A stretch of DNA of 64,000 bases from the human T2T-CHM13v2.0 reference genome, Homo sapiens, in the NCBI RefSeq assembly GCF_009914755.1, contig NC_060929.1; one strand, 5' to 3'. Numbering within the stretch: the stretch's first letter is position 1; every line of letters begins with the position of its first letter. Shown here piece after piece: positions 20,571 to 35,162 of the stretch. The notes beneath the pieces were generated by a model. It ran no database searches. It saw only the letters and a program-made list of their open reading frames with translations, and was not told the DNA's origin. Both the position numbers and the translations under genes were made by a program.

Positions 20571-20650
20571 TAGAATGCAGTGGTGTAATCTCGGCTCACT
20601 GCAACTTCCACCTCCTGGCTTCAAGTGATTCTTCTGCCTCAGCTTCCTGA

Positions 20651-21250
<600 letters not shown>

Positions 21251-21720
21251 TAGTAGTTAGGACTACAGGCATGTACCACCACATCTGGCTAATTGTTTAT
21301 AGAGATGGAATCTCACGTGTTACCCAGGCTGGTCTCGAACTCCTGGACTCAAGTGATCTTCCTGTCTTGGCCTCCCAAAGTGCTGGGATTACACACATGA
21401 ACCACTGTACCTAGCCTAGTAGTAGTTTAAAAATACATAATCATGCCGGACGTGGTGGCTCATGCCTGTAATCCCAACATTTTGGGAGGCCGAGGCAGAC
21501 GGATCACCTGAGGTCAGGAGTTAGAGATCAGCCTGGCCAACATGGCAAAATGCCATCTCTACTAAAAATACAAGAATTAGCTGGGTGTGATGGCGGACGC
21601 CTCTAATCCAAGCTACTTGGGAGGCTGAGGCAGGGGAATAGCTTGAACTGGGAGCAATTAGCCTAGATCACACCACTGTACTCTAGCCTGGGTGACAGAA
21701 TAAGACTCAGTCTGAAAAAA

Positions 21721-21725
<5 letters not shown>

Positions 21726-21772
<47 letters not shown>

Positions 21773-21905
21773 ATATATGTGCATGTATATGTGTATATGT
21801 ATATGTGTGTATGTATATATGTATGTGTATGTGTATATGTGTGTATATGTGTGTGCGTATATGTGTATATATTATATATTTTTATATATATTATTGTTAT
21901 ATATA
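21726..21905. repeat. (TG)20 microsatellite followed by a degenerate TG/TA tract
   Basis: Perfect TG repeat at 21726-21765, then mixed TATG/TGTA. Confidence 0.95.
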
Positions 21906-22054
21906 ATTGGCTGGGTGTGCTGACTCACGCCTGTCATCTCAGCACTTTTGCAGGGGCTGAGGTGGGTGGATTACCTGAGGTAAGGAGTTCGAGACCAGCC
22001 TGCCAACATGATGAAACCCTGTTTCTACTAAAGATGCAAAAATTAGCCGGACTA

Positions 22055-22189
<135 letters not shown>

Positions 22190-22191
22190 TC

Positions 22192-22193
22192 AA

Positions 22194-22228
<35 letters not shown>

Positions 22229-22229
22229 A
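22192..22229. repeat. (AAAT)n microsatellite in an Alu tail
   Basis: About nine AATA units. Confidence 0.9.
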
Positions 22230-22310
22230 GTATGTATAATTATATAAAATTATTTATAATACAGTAAATTATGAATGGATGTATTATAAAATATAATTAT
22301 ATTATGCTTA

Positions 22311-22487
<177 letters not shown>

Positions 22488-22759
22488 CTACTAAAAAACA
22501 AAAAAAATTAACTGGGTTTGGTGACATGTGCTTGTAGTCCTAGCAACTCAGGAGGACTGATGGGACGAATCCTTGAGCCCAGAAATTTGAGGTTACAGTG
22601 AGCTATGATCACACCACTCAAGCCTGGGTGACTGAGACCATGTCACTAAAAAAAGAAAAAAAACTAAAGATGAAATTGTGTCAGTTACTGTGTGCTTCAG
22701 CAGTCATATAACTTGTGTTTCAGCTTTGCAAAATATTCTATATTTGTTCTTTATTTTAG

Positions 22760-22873
22760 AAGTCTGGGCCAACGGTCACAAAAGTTGTCACTGTTGTGAC
22801 AACCAAAAAAGCAGTTGTGGATTCTGATAAGAAGAAAGGTGAGCTGATGGAGAATGACCAGGATGCCATGGAG
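22760..22873 (+). CDS. DDX46: DDX46 exon 7
   Basis: ttttag acceptor, GAG|gtgatt donor, 114 nt; encodes KSGPTVTKVVTVVTTKK...ENDQDAME. Confidence 0.94.
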
Positions 22874-23547
22874 GTGATTTTTCTTAATTTTGACTTTGTT
22901 TATGATACTATCCTGGAAGCATTTATTAGAAAGCATTCATGGAGATGTGCGTTTCATTTGTGTGAGCTAGGAGAAATTCCCAGAATTGAGAGACATTCTT
23001 GCTATTCTTAGTAGTATAATAGTATCTAGTTAAATATCTGTTTAGTGGAACATTCTGATGTCTTCATTCCTAACTGTATGATCTTTCTGCCCCTCATCAG
23101 CTCACTTCAGGCATACAATATGGAGAGAAAAAAATGGAGTAACAGAATGAATTAATTTTCTTTCCATTAACACGTAAAGATTTATATAGTAAAAACAGTA
23201 GCAAAGCCTTATTAGAGCTGTCTCTGATGATTACTGTTTTAGCTTTATATTGGCATTTTAACCTTCTAAAGGCAAAGAAAAAAAAACTAAGTTGAAAAAT
23301 TCTTCAGGAGCTGCTTGATACGTTTCTAATTCAAGGTGTCATACGTCATTTGAGGTGATTTTAAAATTATGAGGTTTAAGTGTGCTGGAGCACTATAAAA
23401 ATCTTGTGGGTCAAACAGTGTGTCGTAGAAAGTAAAATATTAGAGTAGTTTCTAGGAGAGGAAGATTTGAAAAGCTAGGAGTATTGCTTCCCACAAGGGG
23501 AAAATAGTAATGAACTTAGCGCTTTAATTTTTTCTTTTAAACTATAG

Positions 23548-23713
23548 TATTCTTCAGAGGAGGAAGAAGTTGATCTTCAGACAGCCCTTACAGGGTATCA
23601 AACAAAACAGCGAAAGCTTCTAGAACCAGTTGATCATGGAAAAATTGAGTATGAGCCATTTAGGAAAAACTTCTATGTTGAAGTTCCAGAACTAGCAAAA
23701 ATGTCTCAAGAAG
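23548..23713 (+). CDS. DDX46: DDX46 exon 8
   Basis: ctatag acceptor, G|gtaaaa donor, 166 nt; encodes YSSEEEEVDLQ...IEYEPFRKNFYVEVPELAKMSQE. Confidence 0.95.
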
Positions 23714-24571
23714 GTAAAATTCCATTTTTTCATTTACTGGTTATAAGGGAACAGAAGAGGATACATTTCACATTGCTCAAGAGAAATGTGGATAGTGTCT
23801 CATGAAGGAGGGTGTTTTGGAAATATTTTTAAAATGATCAAAAATTAATTGGCCAGCTGCGGTGGCTCACGCCTGTAATCTAAGCACTTTGGGAGGCTGA
23901 GGTGGGCGGATTGTCTGAGCTCAGAAGTTCGAGACCAGCCTGGGCAATACAGTGAAACCCCGTCTCTACTAAAATACAAAAAACTAGGCTGGGCACAGTG
24001 GCTCACACCTGTAATCCTAGCACTTTGGGAGGCCAAGGCGGGCAGATCACAAGGTCAAGAGTTTGAGACCATCCTGGCCAATATGGTGAAACCCCATCTC
24101 TACTAAAAAAATACAAAAATAAAAAAAATTGTTGGTTTTGTTTTGTTTTTTTTTTGAGACAGGGTCTCACTCCATTGCCCAGGCTAGAGGCTGGAGTGCA
24201 GTGGTGCAGTCATTGCTCACTGTAGCCTTGATTTCCTACCACACCCCCCGTTCCCACCCCAGGCTCAGGTGATCTTCCTATGTCAGCCTCCCGAGTAGCT
24301 GGGACTACAGACATGTGCCACCACACCCAGCTAATTTTTGTACTTTTTGTTGAGACAGGGTTTCACCATGTTGCCCAGGTTGGTCTTCAACTCCTGGGTT
24401 CAAGTGATCTGCCTGCGTCTGTCTCCCAAAGTGCTAGTTGCTAGGATTACAGGTGTGAGCCGCTGGGTCTGGCATAAGAGTTAAAGTTTGTTAATCTTAT
24501 GCCTAATTGAAAAGTAGAAGACACCAATAGAACAATATTTAAGAACTTTTAATCTGGGTTTTGTTTTGTAG

Positions 24572-24692
24572 AGGTAAATGTGTTTCGATTGGAAATGGAG
24601 GGCATTACAGTTAAAGGAAAAGGTTGCCCCAAACCAATTAAATCCTGGGTCCAGTGTGGAATTTCCATGAAGATCTTAAATTCCCTCAAGAA
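24572..24692 (+). CDS. DDX46: DDX46 exon 9
   Basis: tttgtag acceptor, AA|gtaagt donor, 121 nt; encodes VNVFRLEMEGITVKGKGCPKPIKSWVQCG. Confidence 0.95.
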
Positions 24693-24896
24693 GTAAGTGG
24701 TTGGTGGTTGTTTATGTTTTCCGTGTCTTGCTGCTCAAAATAGTCCTTCCACACCAGTGTCTCCCTGAGTTACATTTTTACTCTAAAAAAACCCTTACGT
24801 TTTAAAAAACTTTCATTGAGATAATTTATATATCAAAATTTACCCTTTAAATTATACAACTGGTTTTTTTTTGTTTTGTTTTGTTTTGTTTTTTGA

Positions 24897-25181
<285 letters not shown>

Positions 25182-25665
25182 TAATTTTTTATTTATTTTT
25201 TTCTTTTTTGAGACAGAGCCTCCCGCCCCTGTCCGTCAGGCGTGCATTGGCAGAATCTTGGCTCACTGCAACCTCTGTATCCTGGGTTCAAGCGATTCTC
25301 ATGCTGTAGCCTCTTAAGTAGCTGGGATTACAGGTACCCTCCACCACACCCACCCAATTTTTGTATTTTTAATAGAGACAGGGTTTTGTCATGTTGGTGA
25401 AGCTGGTCCAAACTCCTGACTTCAGGTGATCCCCCCACCTTGGCCTCCCAAAGCGCTGGTTAAATTATACAACTTAGCTGGACGCTGTGGTTCACGCCTG
25501 TAATCTCAGCACTTTGGGAGCCAAGAAGGGCAGATCATGATGTTAAGAGATCGAGACCATCCTGGCTGACATGGTGAAACCCCGTCTCTACTAAAAATAC
25601 AAAAATTAGCTGGGTGTAGTGGCGCATGCCTGTAGTCCCAGCTAGCCTGTAGTCCCAGCTACTCA

Positions 25666-25937
<272 letters not shown>

Positions 25938-26196
25938 TAGCTGAGATTGCAGGAACGCCCCACCATGCCCGGCTAATTTTTGTATTTTTAGTAGAGACGG
26001 GGTTTCACCATGTTGGCCAGGATGGTCTCGATCTCTTGACCTCATGATCCACCCGCCTCAGCCTCCCAAAGTGCTGGGATTACAGGTGTGAGCCACCGCG
26101 TCTGACCAACTTAATGATTTTTAGTGTATTTTTGTAGTTGTGCAACTATCACAATAGTCTAATTTTTGAAAATTTTTTTGAATTTTTTTTTTTTAA

Positions 26197-26364
<168 letters not shown>

Positions 26365-26516
26365 TAATTTTTGTATTTTTAGTAGAGACGGGGTTTCACC
26401 ATGTTAGTCAGGCTGGCCCCAAACTCCTGACCTCGTGATCCGCCCGCCTCAGCCTCCCAAAGTGCTGGGATGACAGGCGTGAGCCTCCATGCCCGGCCTT
26501 TTTTTTTTTTTTTTGA

Positions 26517-26675
<159 letters not shown>

Positions 26676-26939
26676 TAGTAGAGACAGGGTTTCTCCATGT
26701 TGGTGAGGGTGGTCTCGAACTCTCTACCTCAGATGATCCACCCGCTGCGGCCTCTGAAAGTACTGGGATTACAGGCGTGAGCCACCAAGGCCGGCCTTTT
26801 TTTTTTTTTTTTTTAAGAGATGGGGTGTCGCTATGTTGACCAGGCTGGTCTCCAACTCCTGGCCCCAAATGATTCTCCCATCTCAGCCTCCCAGAATGCT
26901 GGGATTTCAGTCATGAACCACTGCGCCCTGCCTAATTTT

Positions 26940-27220
26940 TAAATTTTTCATTATCCCAAAAAGAAACTTTTGTCCATTAGTAGTCAGTCTTCTCCCCTCT
27001 CCCCACCCCTGGGCAACCATTAATCTATTTTTTGTCTCTAGAATAGATTTGGCTATTCCTAACATTTCATGTAAATGGGATCAAACAATATATAGTCTTT
27101 ACTGCCTGATCTTTTTCACTTTACATAATGTTGTAAAGATTAGTCCATATTGTAGAATGTGTTAGTACTTCATTCCTTTTTATTGCCAAATAGTATTTTA
27201 TTGTATGATATATACCACCT
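26940..27220 (-). mobile_element. Old L1M 3' fragment
   Basis: CCCTGGGCAACCATTAATCT, ACATTTCATGTAAATGGGATC, AGTACTTCATTCCTTTTTATTGCCAAATAGTATT. Confidence 0.7.
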
Positions 27221-27313
27221 TTTGGAAGTTCATTTTTATGGGAACACATAGGACCTGTCTGGGGCCCAGCAATCTCAATTCTTACCTTTTCTTCCTTTGG
27301 TTTTCTTTTTAAG

Positions 27314-27489
27314 GCATGGCTATGAAAAGCCCACGCCCATCCAAACCCAAGCTATTCCTGCTATAATGTCTGGACGAGATTTGATTGGCATTGCCAAAAC
27401 AGGAAGTGGAAAGACCATTGCTTTTCTGTTGCCCATGTTTAGACACATCATGGATCAGAGGTCATTAGAGGAAGGAGAGGGGCCAATAG
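27314..27489 (+). CDS. DDX46: DDX46 exon 10 (Q motif, motif I / Walker A)
   Basis: ttttaag acceptor, G|gtacaa donor, 176 nt; encodes GYEKPTPIQ and AKTGSGKT. Confidence 0.97.
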
Positions 27490-28412
27490 GTACAATTCTT
27501 TTCATTAAACTATTTTTCAAATAACAGCTTTGTTGTCAAACAGAAAGACCTTATAGTTTATAATGTTCTTAATTATGACAATGAAGTTGTCTTTATGTAC
27601 ATTTTCTTTATCAATTTGGCACTTTGGGGCTGATTTCCCCTTACCAGCAGGTGGAGTGAGAATCTTCAGAGCTCTGGAGTGACATCTCAGAAGTACAAAA
27701 ACAGCCTCTCCTGGCACAGCTCAGTTTTTAAACTCTGACTTGGCAGGTAGACTCCTCGTGCATCTATCTGTTTATTTATATTGAGGTTTGTTAGCCCAGT
27801 ATCAGTGGATATATAAAAGCGACATGGAAGATATCCTAGGGAAACATATTTTCCTAGGTAGTTTTTGGCCTTAACAGGCTATAATGCCAGCATTTCATTC
27901 AAGATTACTTGTTTAGATTCTGGTTTCTTGATTCATCTTGGCAGAGATAACTCTTGGAAAGTTGAGTAGGGTTTTGGAAAGTTGTTCAGCTTCTCTCTTA
28001 GGAACACGGGGCATAGTATATCTCTCCTCTGTCTGTGCCCCTCAGACCAAGGTTGTTTCTGGAAGCAGCAGTATGGCTTCTGTGGCACAGTGAGTCACTT
28101 GATTTTCTTTGTTCTGTGATTTGCATTAGAAAACTGTTTGCATTCTTTTGAACCAAGTATTTTCCTGAGGGTTGGATGAGGCATTTAACTGTCATTTATC
28201 TTCTTTTAGCATGTTTTTAAAAATCTGCTTATATTTATCCTTCCCCACAACCTCTGCTGTTATACAACTTTTGAAATAGTTTTCAGGGATGCATAACAAA
28301 ACAAAAATTAGGTGAAACAATCTGAACTTTATTGTAAAGGTTAAATTGAACACTATAAAGCACAGCCTTAAGAATTTTGGTGGTTAGGCTACTGATGTAT
28401 TTATCTTTCCAG

Positions 28413-28534
28413 CTGTCATCATGACTCCAACTCGAGAACTGGCTTTACAGATTACTAAAGAGTGTAAGAAGTTTTCCAAGACTTTGGGACTTAGAGTGGT
28501 CTGTGTTTACGGAGGAACAGGAATCAGTGAGCAG
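28413..28534 (+). CDS. DDX46: DDX46 exon 11 (motif Ia, GG doublet)
   Basis: ctttccag acceptor, CAG|gtagtt donor, 122 nt; encodes PTRELA and VYGG. Confidence 0.97.
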
Positions 28535-28699
28535 GTAGTTATATAAGAAACATTCATGTTTTCCATTCTTTTCTCAAGTTGGATGATTCAATAAAGTAAA
28601 AGTGACTTTTACTTTTAGTTTTTTGAATAGTGATTGCTTCTAAAATCATTTAAAAAATGAAGTATAAAAATAATAGTAAGAATTAGTTATTTTATGTAG

Positions 28700-29260
<561 letters not shown>

Positions 29261-29581
29261 AAAAGAACATACTATGTTAATGCTAGATTAGAATTTTTGA
29301 ATCTTTTTACATAGATTATCCCTCCTCCCTCTTCCCCTGCCTGAGAAAGCAGATTTTTTTTTTCATTTTACATATGAGGAAATATTCAGAAAGATTTATT
29401 AAGTTGACCAATTAGGTTAATACGTTCTAGAGTTTGTCCTGGAACCTAGGTCTCTGATCTCTGAGCATTTGTTTCTCTAATCTATGCTGACATCTTTAAA
29501 AAGTGATGGTGGCCAGGCACGGTGGCTCATGCCTGTAATCCCAGCGCTTTGAGAGGCCGAAGCGGGTGGATCATGAGGTCA

Positions 29582-29899
<318 letters not shown>

Positions 29900-31460
29900 T
29901 TACTCTGTTGCCCGGGCTGGAGTGCAGTGGTGTGACCTTGGCTCACTGCATCCTTGACCTCCTGGGCTTAAGCCGTCCTCCCTCTTGAGCCTCCTGAGTA
30001 TCTGGGACCACAGACGCATGCTACCACACCCGGCTAGTTTTTGTATTTTTTTGTAGAGACGAGGTTTTGCCATGTTGCCCAGGCTGGTCTTGAATTCCTG
30101 GGCTCAAGCAATCTGCTTGCCTTGGCTTCCCTTTGTAACACCTCCGAAAGGTATAGACGTGAGCCACTGTGACCAGCCCTTCAGCTGTCTTCTAAAGAAT
30201 GAAATAGTTTTCAGATATTTTGCTTAACTAGAAGAAGGCAAAAAAGTAGGTTCTGTGATTGGATAAGTTTTGGAAATGTTGGAGTATAAAAAGTTAAAAC
30301 CACTTTCTTTCCTGTAAGACTTCTTTGTTCTTAATAAGCTAATGTATATTGTGTTGCTAGATAAATGGGATAAATTAAGTGACGTTTTCTGAACTTAACT
30401 ACAAAACTGTTTCTTAGGACTATTGTTACAAGAACACACTTCAAGAATATTTGCTTTTGTTAACTCCAGTGCTATTTTAATTACTTCAAATTACTTCATT
30501 TTCTAAGTTTATCTTTATGATTTTTCATGACTGTAGTTTGTAGAAATACACTTACAAAATAACATGGTACATGCCTGCACGTTGTATTTATATAAATGCC
30601 AAACAAAAGTTTTATGATGTTAAGGGACTTCTGGTATTTTCCATTCCATTTCATTTAAAAAATGCTGGTTGTGGTTGAACACTATGGCTCATACCTGTAA
30701 TCATCACAGCATTTTGGGAGGCTGAAATGGAAGAATCACTTGAGTCCAGGAGTTTGTGACCAGCCTGGGCAATGTAGTGAGACCCCATCTCTTAAAACAG
30801 TAAATAAATTAGCGAGTGCCTGTAGTCCTAGATACTGGGAGGGTGTGTGGGGTGGTGGGGGGAGGGGCTGAGATGGGAGGGTCACTTGAGCCCAGGATCT
30901 AGGCTGCAATGACCTATGATGACACTGCTGCACTGGGCAACAGAGCCTGGGCAACAGAGTGAGACCCTGTCTCAAAAAAAAAAAAAAAAAAAGCTGATTA
31001 TGACTGTTAAAGTGATTTCATGATTCACTAATGTGGCAACCCTCAATTTGAAAAACACTAGTCTATGTGGTCACTTAGAAATTTCTTTTTCTGAGGCAGG
31101 GTCTTGCTCTTGCTCAGGCTGGAGTGCAAGGATGTGATCATAGCTCACTCCAACCTTGAACTCCTGGGCTCAAGAGATTATCACTTTTTTTTTTTAAACT
31201 GCTTTCTTAAGTTCATTTCTTGGTTTTGAGGGATAGTGGCAAATCAAATTTGCAGAATTCTCTAGTTCTTATTTGTTTCAAATTTATGGCACTATGTGGT
31301 CACGTTGTTGCTATTTCTTTAGTAGTGCCCCGAGATTCAAAATAATTAAGCAGGAAGCTTGGAAGTCTTCTAATTAGACTAGGCAAGAACTAAATGCAGT
31401 ATTTTTTAGTGTTTAAGTAAGCATTAGTAATAGACTATAAAGTTTCATCTTTTTTATTAG

Positions 31461-31539
31461 ATTGCTGAGCTGAAAAGAGGTGCTGAAATTATTGTTTGCA
31501 CACCTGGTCGAATGATTGACATGTTAGCCGCTAACAGTG
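31461..31539 (+). CDS. DDX46: DDX46 exon 12 (motif Ib TPGR)
   Basis: ttattag acceptor, G|gtaagt donor, 79 nt; encodes [26 protein letters not shown]. Confidence 0.97.
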
Positions 31540-31586
31540 GTAAGTCAGGGGTATTTTTTTGGTGTCTTTTATTTTTGAATTCTTTA

Positions 31587-31859
<273 letters not shown>

Positions 31860-33371
31860 TTAAAATTTTTTTTCAGAAGTAACTCCATCTGATCATAACT
31901 TGGATTCTTAATCCAGTTTTGGCCTGGCTTTGCTTAGTAAAAGAGTGGGGTAGTAGCTTTTTCTTTATTACAAAATTTAGACTTTTTCTCCACATGAGCT
32001 AGTATTTTCTTAGATACTACATAAATTAAGATATTGCAGCTTCAAGAAATTTTATCTTTTGTAAATATTGCATGTTTGTAGCTCAAATGTTATGCTTTGT
32101 TAAATTATTCCCTATCAAAACTCTTACTAAACTGTTGACATTATTTAACTTCTGTGGAGAAAGGCCCTTCAAGATTTATAGAACTGGGCTTCCGAGACTT
32201 AAACCATCAAAGGTAGGTAATTTAATGCTGTTCCCGACCTTGCAAAACTAATTGGGGCTACAAATGCTAGTGTGGAATACTTAAATATTAGATAGCACTT
32301 ATTTTGGCACTTTTTATTTTTTGAAGAAAATGCTCTCAGAGGTTTCCATTGCAATATTTAGTGTGTACATAATAGAGTATTAAAAACTGAGTTAGTGCAT
32401 GTTTCTAGTAGTATTCTGCTTGAATTTCTAATTCTAATTGTACATGAAGTTGGCAAAGTGACATCGAAATTGAGAAGTCATTGTGCTTGTCTAGCATATG
32501 GAAAGTTTTGGTTTGAATGCTGATTAAATAATCCCTTTTTTTTTTTCTCAATGCTGCATTGATTAAGTCTCCTCCTGAAATTCATCTTGATTAATTTTAC
32601 CTTTTTCTCTTATCTGTCATTGTGGTCTATTTTTAAATAACTATTTTATACGTGTTTTTGCCAGGTGATTGATTCAACAGTTGATAGCAATGCTTCTGTT
32701 AATATTTTAGAAGGAATTTCCTATGTATGTATTTTGTTTTCACTGGTTAGGAAGCCAGTTGCATTTATTTAAGTCAGTGGGTTCACTTAATAAAATTGGG
32801 ATTTATATCTTTGTATGGAAAATGTATTTATGTAATGTGTTTTGGTATTTAAAGTTTTTGTGTGATACTTTAATTTCCTAATGCTGTCAAATAGCTTCTC
32901 ATTAAGGGTTTGACATGCCCATTTAAGAAGCTTCTAAATATATGGAAGTAGGTTATAAAATAATATAGAGAGACATTTTCTGTGTCTAAAATAGTTAGCA
33001 CTAGAACTTGCTTTCCACACATACGCTGTAATCTCTAATATGTTTTTTTCTAGGTGATGCTGTCAGATAATGGCTGATGTGGCTCGATGCTTCATCTCAG
33101 TCTTAGTTTTATGATGTGTTTTGGAGAGGGCTGTTTTCTGAATTTTACAGGTTCTTCAGGCCCTATGATGGTATGCAAGAGACGAGTTTGACAAAATAAA
33201 GGGCCTCATATACCCATTGTCAGAAAGTATTTGCCACTAGATTAAGACATTGTAGATCAAAATTTCTTTTCACTTTTTAAAGATACCTAACTTACCCCTC
33301 TGGTTAAGTCAGGCATTTTAGTTTCCTTTACAGTTTTTAAAAGTTCTTGGTAGCCATAAAATGAATTGTGA

Positions 33372-33533
<162 letters not shown>

Positions 33534-33715
33534 TAAATATAACTTTGTAGTTGCCATGAGAATGAAATGTTCATGTGGTTTCTGAAATTCACACACACAC
33601 TTTTCTGTTGCACGGTAATACAGAAGACTGGGGACATACAGTATTGAAGTACATATTTATGTTTCAGATTCCTCACAAAACTTCTTCAGGAGGTATTTAT
33701 ACCGGCATTTCTTAG

Positions 33716-34090
<375 letters not shown>

Positions 34091-34235
34091 TAATTCATGC
34101 TTTTAGATACCTCATTATCTAGTCTAGATAGCACGTCATTTACGTTTACCAAAGTCATTCACGTTTGCTAAGATAATGGCCCAAAGAATTTATCTAGCTT
34201 AGGTTTTTATGTTCCTTATATATGCTCTTTGCTCA

Positions 34236-34538
<303 letters not shown>

Positions 34539-34916
34539 TTAAGAAGATCATTGTGAATTGTCAGTAGGCTGTAGTTGCCAAAAAATGAATAAAAAAGGAT
34601 TATAAGAGACCATAGTAATGGAAATGTGCATGGAAAAGGGATAAGGCAAATGTCATATTTAGCCTTTTCAGTTTATCCATGTACTCTCCAAAAATTTATT
34701 GCCAGTTATATGTTAGTGCATGTATTGTATTTAGATTTAGGGACTGCATTCTAAATGAGATGTAAATAGAGGAACACAGAGGAAGCAGGATTATGGTAAT
34801 GCTTGAACCATATGCGAAACAGTTAAAATGATATTTAGCTTTGGGCAGGGAATGGTGGCTCATGCCTTTAATCCCAGCAATTTGGGAGGCCGAGGCAGGC
34901 AGATCACTTGAAGTCA

Positions 34917-35162
<246 letters not shown>

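Noticed and set aside
24570-24579. AG|GTAAAT donor-like motif 2 nt inside exon 9 (recursive-site-like)
   Set aside because: It is offset from the acceptor, so it is not a true AG|GT ratchet point, and it is explained by the Glu-Val-Asn codons.
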